In this document: positions 1-19,426 of the stretch, in pieces
Layout: every line of letters starts with the position of its first letter
How positions within the stretch are numbered: the first letter of the stretch is position 1
Assembly: GCF_009914755.1 (NCBI RefSeq)
Contig: NC_060930.1
Origin: the human T2T-CHM13v2.0 reference genome, Homo sapiens
Reading direction: 5' to 3' (one strand)
DNA: 64,000 nt
Position numbers and translations under genes: made by a program
The notes under the pieces: generated by a model
The model's input: only the letters and a program-made list of their open reading frames with translations
Told to the model about the DNA's origin: nothing
The model's database searches: none

Positions 1-438
1 ATTTCCTGAAATCTATAGAAAAGGTCAGCTGATTTTAAAAAACAATAAGCAAACATGTACCTTTGCAATTTATATTTACCCAAATCAAATTCCAAATACA
101 TTAAGTGGTTTAACCATTCATTAAAACTAGAAAAGTAACTTAAACTCTTCAAAGTATTCAAAACTGAAACCTCAGTATGAATTCACTTTTAGAAGGCACT
201 TAATTGAAAAGAGACCGAAGATAGAGACACAACTTCAGCATCAGTATTTCATGCTTCAATAAACTGCTGCTGATAACAAAACTCATTACGGCTGAGCTGG
301 GAGGTAGAGCACAGACATCAGCTCCATTTGAGCTCATTTTGTTTGCCCAGTGAAAAACAATACTTTGGACCCTTTGTAACTCGTAGAAAATATTGCTTTC
401 AGAAAATGTTTGTTTTGGTTTTTTTAAAGTTGACCGTT

Positions 439-772
<334 letters not shown>

Positions 773-1327
773 TTATTGAATTTCACCTTTCCAAAAAACC
801 TGTTCTCACCACTGCCCACCTTCACTTTCTATCTTGACAGACAGAGAAGCGACTTGTGAGCCTGTCCTGCGTGATTTGGTCATATCTTTTCATCTAGACT
901 GAATGAATAGCCAATGAACACACACAAACACAAAATGTATATAGAAAAAGAATCACCTTAGCAAGTTTCAAGACTCACATTCCCTAAGACTGGTACTAAA
1001 CCCATTGTTGTACTCTGGCAAAATGCAGGACTTACATCAATGTCTCATTTTAAACTGGCACCCAATAAACAAGAGCATTCCTCAAATTCAAGGTGTGACA
1101 CTGAAGATCTATAAATGGTGACACAGCCCTGCATTCAACATCCAATGGCAACTGGAAAGTCCAAAAGTTATAATAAGTGACAGATCACATGTTCTTTCAT
1201 TCTCACAGCCCAGCCTGCAGCCACAACAGAACTCAGGAAAGTGGCTACAGGGAAATTTCCTGCATTCTTTTTGATTTGGCCAGAATTATTGAGCATGTGC
1301 ACATGAGGAATGATTTGGAGGATGGAT

Positions 1328-1522
1328 CGTGGTTCTCACGAGTGTAGTCCCCCGACCAACAGCATCCACGTCCCCTTGGAAACTTGTTAGAAATGCACAC
1401 TCTTGGGGCCCACGCTAGACCTACTGAATTAGACATTTCCTAGGCAGGATCTGGCAATTTTTGTTCTAACCACCCCCAACACCCAGTTGATTTTGATGCA
1501 CACTCAAGTTTGAGAACCACAG
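1328..1522. mobile_element. MER5A-like hAT MITE
   Basis: Terminal inverted repeats gtggttctca...tgagaaccac and internal 'aacttgttagaaatgca'. Confidence 0.75.
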
Positions 1523-1767
1523 GGATAGAAGAGAAACAAGGTATGTTCCCTCCCTTCAAGGATCTTATCATCTAACTGGGGAAACAACACGATTAACCTA
1601 AAAGTAATTGTGAAATAACAGTAAGACACTGTCTCTACCCTCAAATCAAGAAGAGAAGACTTACATGCTCTGGGCTTCGATTCCTTTATTTCTAAAATGT
1701 GTGCTTTGGGGGAATTGGTGTCTAATATCTCTTCCAGGTCTAATGGTCTCTGATTCTATATCTAACC

Positions 1768-2505
<738 letters not shown>

Positions 2506-2861
2506 CCAGAATCCTTTCCTTGACTGTTCATGGTAAATGCCTAAACTCAAGACTTCATCATGGATTAAAAGCTGCCCTGTATGTACAGACTCAACCTGCT
2601 CCACCACCCTCTCCCCAGGAGGGAATCCTGGATGGCCAGCGGAGTGCTCCATGGCAAACTGCTCTAAAGCAAAAGTAGAAACACACAACACCACCACGTA
2701 GTTCTAGTAGGAGGGTTCTAGCAGATATAGGATTGCTTTTCAGTGACCACACGTGTACATCTTATAAGGTACAGGCTGAACCAGACTGAGATACCACTTC
2801 ACAGCTGTTAGTATGGCTATTATATATTTTTATAAACCAAACAGAAAATAGTAAGTATTCA

Positions 2862-3476
<615 letters not shown>

Positions 3477-4022
3477 TTAATTTAAAAAATGGGCAGTTTA
3501 TAAAGTACCTGCCATAAAATGAAAAACATTTGAGATAACTAATGAATAAGAGAATATAAAAGTATATGTATAGTTACAACTATGTAAAAAAGGCAGCATA
3601 TAGAAAATGTTGCAAAAATAACGTGTAAAATGGAATACGACTATTTTATCAGGATGGCAGGAATCTAGGCAAATTTTTTTGTAAATTATTTTCATCATTT
3701 GGAAAGGTAAAATTACATGTAGAATTGCCCACACATTCCCTGCACTACCTACGTACACTCACATACACAAACAGTGATACTCTAAGGAACTCATAATGCT
3801 TATGACTGGTATCCCCAAAACATCCTCATTTCATACTACTTACTCTATCCTCAGTGTTGCAATTATTAGCACCCACTACAAATAAAGTTTAGGGAGGAGC
3901 TGGGCATAAATGGAAGACGTTAAACTGTAAAAAAAAAAACTCATCTTAAAGAAAAAAGACACTTTTTATAGACAGCAAAAGAAACAATGTATAACAGTTA
4001 ACAGTAATAAAAGTAACAGTCA

Positions 4023-5990
<1,968 letters not shown>

Positions 5991-6635
5991 TACAAAACAT
6001 ATGTATCATGATGTTCCTTAATAAACCCTTCACATTTAAAAGGAATATATACAAAGTTTACTTTTCTACTGATCCACTCCCTCCAGAGCAGCAAATAAAG
6101 TGGCATTTTCATTCATGACATCCAGCAATGTGCTCTCAACAATTAAAGTATTGTGTGGGCCTTTATGCATGAGGGGACAGTAGAGCACAGCTATTTTGAT
6201 CAGATTCCTATAAACAAGCAAGACTGACATAGCTCAGATTCAGCAAAAGCTCAATTTCCACAGCTCTTGCAAGATTTCAAAGTCGCCGCAAAGAAATAAA
6301 ACACATGCCCAAGTGTTTGACTTCTTATTTCATCAAACCACAATCAAACTGTGCTACAATTTTCAAACGCAAGTCTTAAATCTACCCTAATGTGCTGCTA
6401 GAAAGACATTATTTGGGGATTTCTGTTCCATGGCCTTCATACTCTTCCAACAAAACAGCACACTTTGCCAGGAATTAAAAACACTGCCTTTCTCCTAACC
6501 AAGAGATGCAAACAGGCTATTTTTAACAAATAGCAAATATTAACGGTCCAAAAGTATTTCCCCTACTGCAGTGGTTTACCAGTGGCTCACCAATGAGCAA
6601 CAGGCAACTGTCCAGGCCTGGAATGTCGAGTGTAA

Positions 6636-6782
6636 CAAACTAAAAAGCTTCTGTACAACAAAGGAAAAAATTAACAGAGTGAAGAGACAACCCACAGATT
6701 GGGAGAAAATATTTGCAAATCATAAGGGGCTCATATTCAAAATATGCAAAGAACTCCAACTGCTTAATAACAAGAAAATAAA
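6636..6782 (+). mobile_element. Isolated L1 ORF2 fragment, copy of 4773-4919
   Basis: Direct alignment to 4773-4919. Encodes [26 protein letters not shown]. Confidence 0.85.
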
Positions 6783-7162
6783 CATTCGGCAACACTGCCT
6801 TACACGCTCCAAGGCAAAACCAATCAAGTTAAACAATTCCTTATTTAATGGCAGCCATTCTTCCAGCACAAACAGTACTCTTTTGCATTGCCCCCTACAA
6901 ATAAATGTAGCTGGGAAAGAGTACTAAAAACGCTATTCCTTCCTGTACCACAGAACAAAAAGTGACTGTAGAATACCCTTGATTTACTTTACACTTTCAA
7001 AGGGATCCTTTGTTACACTTTCATTCCACACTCCTCAGAATGTCAGCAGGAAGTATTTTTAAATCTCTAAAGAGCCTTCTTTTTCCCAGTTTGTGGATAA
7101 GCAAATATTACTTAAGATTGATAATCAATGTACACAATTTATTGCCCAAAAGACCTCTAATT

Positions 7163-7695
7163 CAGGGGTTCCCAACCCCCCGGGCCACAGACCAGTACTG
7201 GTCCATGGCCTGTTAGGAACCAGGCCACACAGCAGAAGGTGAGTGGCAGGTGACTGAGAGAAGCTTCATCTGTGTTTACAGTCACTCCTCATCGCTTGCA
7301 TTACCACATGAACTCCACCTCCTGTCAGATCAGCAGCAGCATTAGATTCTCATAGGAGTGCAAACCCTATGGTGAACCATGCATGCCAGGGATGTAGGCT
7401 GCCGCTCCTTATAAGAATCGAATGCCTTACGATCTGTCACTGTCTCCCGTCACTCCCAGATGGGACCATCTAGTTGCAGGAAAACAAGCTCAGGGCTCCC
7501 TCTAACTCTACATTATGGTGAGTTGTATAATTATTTCATTATATATTACACTGTAATAAGAATAGAAATAAAGTGCACAATAAATGTAATGAGCTTGAAT
7601 AATTCTGAAATCATCCCCATCCCCCACCCCCACTCCATGGAAAAATTGTCTTCCACAAAACCAGTCCCTGCTGCCAAAAAGGTTGGGGACTGCTG
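7163..7695 (+). mobile_element. MER1A (hAT-Charlie) full-length
   Basis: TIRs caggggttcccaacc / ggttggggactgctg, 533 bp, 8-bp TSD ctctaatt/ctctcatt. Confidence 0.9.
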
Positions 7696-8019
7696 CTCTC
7701 ATTGATATTGTGTCTCATCATAACAATAAATGCCGTTTATCCAGTGCCTACCATGTGTTGGGCACAGTGATACACCTTCCATAAATGACTCCACTGAAGC
7801 CTTCCCACACCTTAGGAAATAGCTCACTCCCACTTTACACAGGAGGAAAATGAAGAACAAAACGGTTAAGTGCATGGAGCAAGTCACAAAGTCAGGGAGT
7901 GGTAGAGCCAGGGTTTCAAACGCAGCCTGAGTTCTCTTGTGGTATATTCCCCTGCTTCACTTTAACTCCCAACATTCTCCCCAGAAATAATAGCACTCAG
8001 GGAGAACTTAGTAGTGGCC

Positions 8020-8423
8020 TGTATTCATTTTCTAGGGCTGCCATGACAAAATACCAAAAACTGGAGGGTGGGTTGGGGGGCAAAACACAACAGAAATTTA
8101 TTTTTCTCCCAGTTCAGGAGGCTGGTATCTGAGATTGAGGGTGTCGGCAGGGTTGGTTTCTTCTGAGACCTCTGTCCTTGGCTCCAGATGGCCGTCTTCT
8201 CCCTGTGTCTTCCCTGTGTGTGTGTCTGTGTCCTAATGTCTTCTTACAAGGATACCGGTCATGTTGGATTAGGACCCACTGTAATGACTTTCTTCACTAC
8301 TAAGTTATTAATAACTTAATGACTGCTTTGAAAGCCCTGTCTCAAATACAGCCACATTCTGAGGGACTCGGGGTTTAGGACTTCAACATTTAAATTTTGG
8401 GGGAACACATTTGGCCCACAACA
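8020..8423 (-). mobile_element. MLT1 (MaLR) solo LTR
   Basis: tgtattcattttctagggctgccatgacaaaatacc...ggcccacaaca. Confidence 0.8.
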
Positions 8424-10199
8424 CTGCCCAATAAAAATCCTCTACTCAAACCCACGGAATGAAACACACTTCATTTTCTTTGCACCTACAGCTAGGAAGC
8501 AGGTAAGACTCAAAGCAAAGGCTGCGTGGGATGCTGGGAGCCTCGGAGCTTCCCATCTGCCTGGAGGTGCCTCAGCCACTACAGACAGCACCAGAGAGGG
8601 TTCTCCCAGCTCCTGTGTGTGTCAGGAGCTTGTTAACCTATAATGGGTACAATGGGCTTACACATGTTGAGAAAGTTCATTATCCTTTGACCTTTGTTTA
8701 AAACATACAAGTTTTGAAGCAATAATAATCAGCATTTATTAAACACATATTATGTGCTGGAGTCTCCACAAATGTTGGCTGTTATTCTGCATGCTTCACA
8801 TCTACTGTCTCATTTAATCTTCTTGACAACTCTCAATGTGCTACTGAGAAAACTCGCACAAAGTCAATGGCCCCAAAACCCTCAGCTGTAGGGCAGCTCC
8901 ATTAGTCAAACTGAGAGGCTTAGGTTGCCTGCAGTGGCCTCTCAAGATCTCATTCTTGTACAAGGGAAAATTTGAATTAAACTGATAGAGCTGAAAGTCC
9001 TTTCCAACAACTGTTCTTTGAGGCATGTGTAAACCCTCTGTCTGTAGTTTGTATAGTCATGAACCAAGCTTCTTTCCATCAGTGCTGGGTACATCCTCCA
9101 GTCCCTCTAGAATGGGATAATCCCTCCTTTAATGCTCAGAGAAAGAGTCCTTATACACTTAGAGATTAAATTGTACAGGGAGACTTTTGGCTTACCTTAT
9201 TTTGCAAATATCATGTCACATGGATTAGTTATGATTTAGAACGAAAGCCCTTTAAAAACTTACTCCAATGGCTAAAAGGTGGAAAACGATTGTGCTGTCT
9301 CTTTAGGCTTCGAGGCAAGAAAAAATCCTGAAGTACATAGGTGATATCTACGTATTTCAGCCTGCCTCCTATCCCATAAATCAAATCCTTATAATCCTTG
9401 GCCCAGCAGGCAGGGAAGACTGTATAAAACTCAGGACCATTTAGGACTCTTAAAAAACCCTGTCCACAAGCACGCTGTTACTCCTCACCTCTGGAAAGAA
9501 AACATTCCCATTAAATTCCACTGTTAACCAGTTAAAAATGTTAATATTATTCATACTTTATTGTTAATAATATTAACATTGGCTAGCATTAATGTGCTGC
9601 TGACTACCTCCCAGGAACTGTTTTCATTCCTTCTGCCTGTATAATTCCTTTTATCTTGACAACTTTTGATGTGCTTTGAGGCTTCCATTTTACAGATATG
9701 GAAATTCAGTCATGGAGAGGTTAGAAAATTTACCCAAAATCATACACCCAGTCAGTGGCAACACTGGAATTTAATCTCAGGGAGTCTGGTTCTACTCAGG
9801 CACAACCTTCTCGCATGATTCAATATCTCACTTTCCAGATGAAGGAACTGGAGCCCCGAGCCAGTACGTGACCTGGCCTGGGTCACACAGCCTCTGAACA
9901 TCAGAGTTAAGACCAGAACTCAGGTGTCCTGACTCCAGTCCAGCATGCCTTCTGATGATTCCCCAGCAGCCCTGGAGGTGAGGTGGGAGAAAATTGGGGT
10001 ACAGAGGGTCAGAAGGGGCCCATCTAAAAATAAGAGCCTGAGTAAAGAATTCTGGGCCTCCAGAAGGAGTGAGGGGCACACACTGCTGAAGGGATCCCAC
10101 TGAATAAGGAGGTGGAATGTTAGGGGGTGATTTTACAACCTTGACCGGGGCCCGGGATGTCAAGTTTTATACAGATAGAGATCACTACCAATGGCATGT

Positions 10200-10360
10200 T
10201 TGTATGTGCATGTGTCTGAATAATGTGTGTGCATAATATATATTTTTAATATGTGTATATATTATGTACATAATATATACTTATGTTTACTATATAATGT
10301 GTGTGTATAAAATCTATATATAATACAAATATATGTATTTAATATAGAATGTATGTGCAT

Positions 10361-10402
<42 letters not shown>

Positions 10403-10410
10403 CCCATATA
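10200..10410. repeat. TA/TG-rich low complexity with (AC)n microsatellite at 10363-10395
   Basis: Direct inspection. Confidence 0.95.
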
Positions 10411-10950
10411 TATGTAACCTGAAATTTTTCCTGTGGCTCAGGTCCACCCAGTTGGGCCTGGAGTCACCTTCTTTCAGTCTGGTTCCATCATGAAAAGTAA
10501 CCTCAAATAAGAGACTTACAAGGTTAAGTGGGTATGTGGGATACTAATAACATCTACCCTACCAGATTGTGGTGGGCACTAAATGGAACGTGAAAGTACT
10601 ACAAAAGTACTTTATATACTACTTTAAAAGAACTATAAAGCTTCACAAGTATTAGATAGGCTACAAAGTGTACAGTAGCTAACTAGCAGGACTTCTCAAC
10701 ATAGCAGCTCTCAACACTGGAATCAACCAAAGATCTGTTTTTTTGAAAAATTAAAATTTAAAGTGACTGATTTTAGAATCCTAATCCAGATCAGAATTTG
10801 TGGGAGGTTGGGGGATAAGGCATCTTTTAAAAAAAATTTTTTTTAAGTTCCAAGGTGATTTTAATATTCAGCCAGGGCTGAGATCCACAGCTTCAACTTC
10901 TAATGCCAACCGGGAAGAAAGAGGCAGCTTAGCGAGTGTATGTTAGAGTA

Positions 10951-11310
10951 CAGACAGTCCCTGACTTATTTATGATGGTTCGACTTACGATTTTTCAACT
11001 TTAAGATGGTGTGAAAGTGACTTGCATTCAGTAGAAACCGAACTTTGAGTAGCCATATGACCATTTTGTGTTTCACTCTCAGTACAGTATTCAACAAATT
11101 ACATGAGATACTCAACACTTTATTATAAAATAGGCTTTGTGATAGATTATTGCCTACCTGTAGTGTTCTGAGCATATTTAAGATAGGGTAGGCTAAGCTA
11201 TGATATTGATAGGTTGGGCATATTAAATGCATTGTTTGATTTTTCTGATATTTTCAACTTAGAGTGGGTTTTTTAGGATGTAACTCCATCGTCAGTTGAG
11301 GAGCATCTGT
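10951..11310. mobile_element. Tigger-family MITE (MER47/Tigger5-like)
   Basis: TA-flanked cagacagtccctgactta...gttgaggagcatctg ends. Confidence 0.7.
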
Positions 11311-11650
11311 AATTAAAGATTTAAATCAGGCATAAAATAGACAAGAGAAGCTAGGACTATTAGCAATTATCTGATCCAAGCCCCTCATTTTGTGGGTAAG
11401 GAAACCGGTACATAGAGGGGAAAGGTTACTGTGGCCAGATTCTCCTGACTCCGTGGTCCAATCTGCTTCCACTTTGTAAATGGATTCAAAACTACATGTC
11501 CAACATTAACTACAACATCTGTATTGCTTGATACTTTTTTGAGAGCTAGTCCACTCCATACACCCTGCTTCACGAACCTGCAGAGGGGCTATGAGAAACA
11601 TTTGGCACACTGTGTACCCAACTCTACGCAGAAGGCTTAAAATGAATAGT

Positions 11651-11984
<334 letters not shown>

Positions 11985-12855
11985 TCATCTGAGCTAATTA
12001 ACCCAACATCCTATGTTCCAAAGATAGAATGAAACATATAAGAACTGCAGGTCCTTCCAGGCATCTAGGAGAACTACATACAAATGAAGTCCATTAAAAG
12101 AAGCCATAGAGTTCATTTTTTAGCTAATTTCATTTTATTATAAAATTAATGAATGCTCATTTAAAAAAAATGAACAATACAGAGATGTACATGAGAGAAG
12201 TTCACAGATCCCTCATAATCCCAACCTTCTATATCTAGCATGCATCTTCCTCTTTAGCAGATGGAGCATACACTTTAATACTGTTTCCTATATTTACTTT
12301 CAAAATCCAAAAATATACCCATATGCATTGATTTCTCCTTTACTTTATCATAACCATGGTATAAAAACTACACTGTAACTTGTTTTTCATTCAACAAAAG
12401 ATGGACATCTTTCCAAGTCAACTCATACTGAGCTAGCTTGTACTTTTTAAAGCTGTATAATATTCCACACAGTATGGCAGGTGTGGTGAACTTAGATTTT
12501 CATAGAGAGAGGTTTATCTTTACTCCATTCCCTAGGAGGGAAAATACGGAAGGAACATTTCCCCTTTTTCTCCGCCCTAACTCCCTCCCACTCTCCTTCC
12601 CAGGGAAGGAGGAATGACTTAATTAGCCAGCTGCTAAATTGAGAAGAGACACTGAGCAGGCCCAGCTCAGGCCTTTGGGGACTTCTCTCTTTGGGAGCCA
12701 GCATGCCTTTAGACAAAGGTATTCTCTGTTCTGTGCTCCCTGCACAGAGTTGTTGCACATGTTGTCCTGCCTGGAGTGGTCTTGGAGTGTCTGCTCAGCA
12801 GCATCAGTAATTGGGTGGCCAAATCAGTGTCATTCAAGGATAAAGTAGGAAATCT

Positions 12856-13197
<342 letters not shown>

Positions 13198-14507
13198 CCC
13201 ATTGTGGTCAATCAGCTTTATCATTAATGAAGATAATGATTTGATCTCCCCCGTCTGTCTCTTGGATCTTATTTCCAAATTGGTTCCACATCTAGGAGGA
13301 AAGCAGAGTGTTGTCTATTAGTTGCCCGAAACTCCAATACTATGGATGTGACATAATTTACTCAACCGTTCTGCAACTTCCAAGTTATTTTCAGTTTTTT
13401 TGCTATTACAAATAGCACCATTGTATCTATATCTTCATGTACTGGTAAATATATGTCTATAAGATAAATTCCTAGCTTGATCTAATAGTACCTATTTTTT
13501 AAATTTCATAAATACCACCAGATCACATTCTCCAAAAGTTAAAGCAATGTTTTACTTCCCCCAGTAACATATAAGGGTATGCTCTCCTCACCCTTGCCAG
13601 CATAGGGGGCTGTTAATCTGTTAAATCTTTTCAGTGAGATTGTGGAGAACTGGTAGTGCATTAATTTTAATTTGCATTTTCCTTGCTGCTGGTTGAATGC
13701 CTTTTCATTTATTACTGGCTTTGGCCAATGAGTTGATTACCCACTGAACTAACGTTTCTAAGTGTTTGTTATAAAAAGGGTGGAGTTACCCAGATGAATT
13801 GGATGCACAGATTTTAATCAGTGGTAATTGAGAATTGGTATAAAGTTAAAAGAACAAGCTATGAAGTTAGACAGCTTGAGATAAAGTCCCACCCTAATCC
13901 CCTAGTTGTACAACCTTAGCCAAATTATTTGGCCTGTCTCCAATTCTTCTTCTATAAAATAGGAACCATGCAACTACTCTCACAGAATTAAGTGAGTTAA
14001 TACATGTCAAGTGATTAGCACAGTGCCTGTCACCACACGAACTGTACGATGCATGCTAGATATTATTAGTATCTCTTTTGTTCCATCAAACTCTTTACCC
14101 AACACAGTGGCAAGGAGAAAAGCTCAAAGTCACTAATTAGAGTTGATGAATTTCCCTGCACATCCTCCAGTAGGAAGCACATAAGATGAAAAGACCTCCC
14201 CAGAAACCCTACCTAGCCTACCAGATGCATAATAAGTTCCAACATAGTCAAAGAACGGGTGTGTCCTAAATCTAAAAACTCAATCAGCCCATCTTCTTTC
14301 CCAAATGAGATTTGGGCTGTTAATTGTGCTTTAAAGAGGCCACATTCATTACTTATTTTTTAATCTCTTCATTATTTATTTTAAAATTCTTAGACATACA
14401 CATTTGAAATAGTAAAAATTAATCAAAAAATATAAACCCAAGCAGCATGAATCAACTAAACCCTGATACTATAGTGTCATGTTTCTTATTAAAAAGTAAC
14501 TCTGAAA

Positions 14508-14652
14508 TAGCCAGGCATAATGGCACGTGCCTGTAGTCCCAGCTACTCAGGAGGCTGAGGCAGGAGAATGGCTTGAGCCTGGGAGATGGAGGTTGCAGTG
14601 AGCTGAGATCACCCCACTGCCCTCCAGCCTGGGCCACAGAGTCAGACTCAAG
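14508..14652 (+). mobile_element. Alu right monomer (FRAM/AluJ fragment)
   Basis: Right-arm Alu sequence only. Confidence 0.85.
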
Positions 14653-15026
14653 AAAGACAGAGACAGAGACAGAGACAGAGACAGAGAGAGAGAGAGAGGA
14701 GAGGAGAGGAGAGGAGAGAAGAGGAGAGGAGAGGAGAGGGAAACAGAGAAAGAGAAAGAGAGAGAGAGAAAGAGAGAGAGGGAGAGAAAGAGAGAAGAGA
14801 AGAGAAGAGAAGAGAAGAGAGGAGAGGAGAGGGAAAGAGAGAAAGAGAGAGAGAAGGAGAGAAAGAAGAAGAGAGGAGAGGAGGGGAGGAGAGAGAAGGG
14901 AAGGAAAAGGAAGGGAGGGAGGGAGGAAGGAAGGGAGGGAGGGGAGAGGAGGGGAAGGGAAGGGAAGGGAAAAGGGGGGAGGGGAGGGGAGGAAGGAAGA
15001 GGAGAGGACAGGAGAGGAGAGGGGAG
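14651..15026. repeat. About 375-bp polypurine (GA/GGAGA/GGAA) low-complexity tract
   Basis: Almost exclusively A/G on the + strand. Confidence 0.97.
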
Positions 15027-16129
15027 TGTATTTGGTTGTTTCATATCACTAAGGAGGCAGTAAGTACAAATATCATCGGGGTTTTCCCAATGGGTAAAAT
15101 AAAGAGGTTAAACAAGGTCATTTAAAGAGAGAGAAGAAAACGATGGAACAGATTCCCAAGTAACATCTTTTCCCAACAACCTATGTTGTCTCCTAAACAA
15201 CAACAACAAAAACTGTCTTGAACAGTTATTTTCCTGGTGGACTTAGGTAAAAACTTTATCAGTCCAAAGTGATAAAAACGTTATCACCCCATAGCCATAT
15301 ACGCTCTCCTGTATACCAATAATACTACTTGCTATTTAAGATGCTGCCATGAGTAAGATCTCTGGGGACAATGGAAAATGCAGAACCAGGGCTATATTTT
15401 CTTATGCAACACCCCAGGGTGTGGCCAATTATCTCAGAGTGGGTTGTGAAGTTCTCAAAAGTCTCAAAACAAAATTAATTTTAATTTGGTTTAATTTGAA
15501 AATAAAACACAATGCCATTTAGCTTTTCCAAAACAGAGATCTTATGGGGCAGGCTGGGATACAGCACAATTGTCACAACTCCAAGAGTGCAGGGACCCAA
15601 AGTTTGGTGACCATTGTGCAATGTGGGACTGACGAAATAGGAGTATCTGTGATTCTGCCTGGTCCCTAGGAACTGAACTATTTTGAGCTTCTATTATGTA
15701 ATCACCTTCTCCAAAATATGTGTGTATATTAAAAAGGAAACTCTGATGTGGACCAAGAGTCAAAGTAACTACAATTCTCCGTTAAAAAAAAAAAGAAAAG
15801 TAAAGAAAAAGAAAAAACCTTATCCCACCCAACAGCAAACTAGACAACAGTTTTCAAAACCGGGAAACAAGTTACCAATTATAGGTTTTTAAAAACTTAA
15901 TAATAAACACGTTTTCCTGTGGTGCCTATTAATTCTCCTATCCTCCCATCTCTTGATAATTATAGGAGGAAAGAAGGGGGAGGGATTTGTATCTTTAAAA
16001 TTTAACCCCACAGAATCTCTAAAGTTACACTTCATTTTTAACCTCCCTTTGTGCCATAAATGGCAACATATCCCTAACTCGCCACAACTACTCCAGCCAA
16101 GTCATCGACTATCTCCTTTCTTGCAAAGC

Positions 16130-17102
16130 CAATGAACAACACCCAGTCTTGGCCTGCCATGATCTCTTGGCAGCCTCTGACACTGCACATTACTCTCTGC
16201 TCTTCCTTCTTGAGTCCCTGGCACCACATTCCCACAGCTGTCTTCTCTTACCTCTCTGACCAGGCTTATCCCTCTCCTTTGAGGGCAGTTCCCCTGTTAT
16301 CCCCCCCTGCAATGATGATGCCCTTCTAGGGGCCATCCCAGGCCAGTGTCTCTGCTATGCCATGTTACATGCCAAGGTAACGTTTCTCGCTCCTATGCCT
16401 CCAAATACCATGCCTTCCAAATCTTGATCTCCAGCCCAGATGTCTCTCCTGAAGACACACAGTGAACCCTAAGCATATAGCCCAATGCCTACAGAAATCC
16501 TCACTTGCATAAACCATAGACACCTAAATTTCTCTGTCCTTAACAGTTCATCATCTTCCTCTTTGACTATTCCTCCTCCAGGTCTCTTAGCTAACGGTGG
16601 GGTTGTTCAACAAGCCAGCTGTTCAGGCCAGAAACTAGAGTTGTATCTCCCTCTCTAACACCCCATTAAATAGAATCAATCACCTCATATTATTTCTTTT
16701 GCCTCCTAAGTCTATCTTAAATCTATCCATTTCCCTCCATATAGCTACCTGAATTCAGGGCACCATTCATTTCACCCGGACAACATGCCTCTGACTTTGC
16801 ACAACCCTCCTGCTCCTCCCCCTTAGTCCTTCTGATCTCAGCTTGAAGTCACCTCCTCCAGGAAGCCCTCCCTTCTGCCCAAGTGCAAGATAGGTGATCT
16901 GCTGCAGTGCTGTGGGAACACGCTCAGCTTCTGCAGTCACAGCACTTCTCACTCTGTATTGTAATGACCTCTTTACCTGGGCAAAAAACTTCAAGAAGGC
17001 GGAAACCATGTCTATCCTTTTTACCAATGCATCCAGAGTGCCTGGCATATATTAGGGTCTCAATATTCTGAATGAATGAATGAATGAATGAATGAATGAA
17101 TG
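16130..17102 (+). mobile_element. L2 remnant ending in (GAAT)n
   Basis: Typical L2 3' end 'agagtgcctggcatatattagggtctcaatattctgaatgaatgaatg'. 5' boundary approximate. Confidence 0.7.
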
Positions 17103-17426
17103 ATATGCTCAGGAGCAAGGGAAATTGGCCAGCATGCTAGGGAAATTTTTAAAATGTAGAAAAGGGAAAGATAGAGCAGAGAACAGGTAATAAAGGCCTT
17201 GAAAGACCGTGCTTACTCTTTATTCTGTAGGAAATATAGTTTTGGTAACTTCCTGCTGGCAAGGATTTAAAAAAAGAAATACAGTTTCAGGCCTCTACCA
17301 GACATTGAGAAAACCTTTACTGAAAGGCTGATGTGTAAGAATGGAATGTTTTAGAGCTATAGGTGACTTCAGTAAAAGTGTTCCTCTCTAATATATAGGT
17401 GTCATTTTAATAATCAAAGTTATTTA

Positions 17427-18626
<1,200 letters not shown>

Positions 18627-19010
18627 AATTGTTGATTCCTAGGGATGGCTATAGTTGCTCATACTATCTACACCCTCCAAATCACAGGAGGGCCTACTGC
18701 CTTGCTTCCTCAACTCCTGCTCTTAAAATCAAACAGAATGTGATGTCAGCCTTTTTGCCTGCCCAAATTCGTAGTTAGCAAATACCCTGTTTTTGTGTGC
18801 TTAAGGTTTTTTTTTCCAAAAAAGACAATTCCAAAGAGGAATACAATGAAAAGGCATGCAAGCAAATAAATATAAAATATGTATATGCAAATATAACACT
18901 GATCTACACAGACCATCAATAGCATATTTAATAAATGTTTCAACATGATAGGACGCTCAAAAATACAGGAGGTAAAAAGACAAAAAGCGTGATTTAGCTT
19001 CCTTGGATGG

Positions 19011-19426
19011 TGATATGGGTTGGATCAGTGTCCCCACCAAATCTCATGTTGAATTGTAATCCCCAGTGTTGGAGGTGGGGCCTGGTGGGAGGTGGCTGGA
19101 ATATGGCCGTGGATTTCTCATGAATGGTTTACTGTCATCCCCTTGGTGCTGTTCTCGTGATAGTGAGTGAGTTCTCACAAGATCTGGTTGTTTGGAAGTG
19201 TTTAGCACCTCCACCCTCACTCTCTGTTGCTACTCTGGTCACATGACATGCCTTCTCCCACTTCACCTTCCACCATGATTATAAGTTCCCTGAGGCCTCC
19301 CCAGAAGCTGATGCGGCCATGCTTCCTGTACAGCCTGCAGAACCATAAGGCAATTAAGCCTTTTGTTTTACTAAATTACCCACTCTCAGGTATTGCTTTA
19401 TAGCAGTGTGAGAATGGACTAATACA
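19011..19426 (+). mobile_element. MSTA-like MaLR solo LTR
   Basis: tgatatgggtttgg...ggactaataca with 5-bp TSD GATGG. Confidence 0.9.

Noticed and set aside
14547-15052. 159-165 aa Glu/Arg-rich and Ser/Leu/Pro-rich ORFs
   Set aside because: Translations of the GA low-complexity tract.
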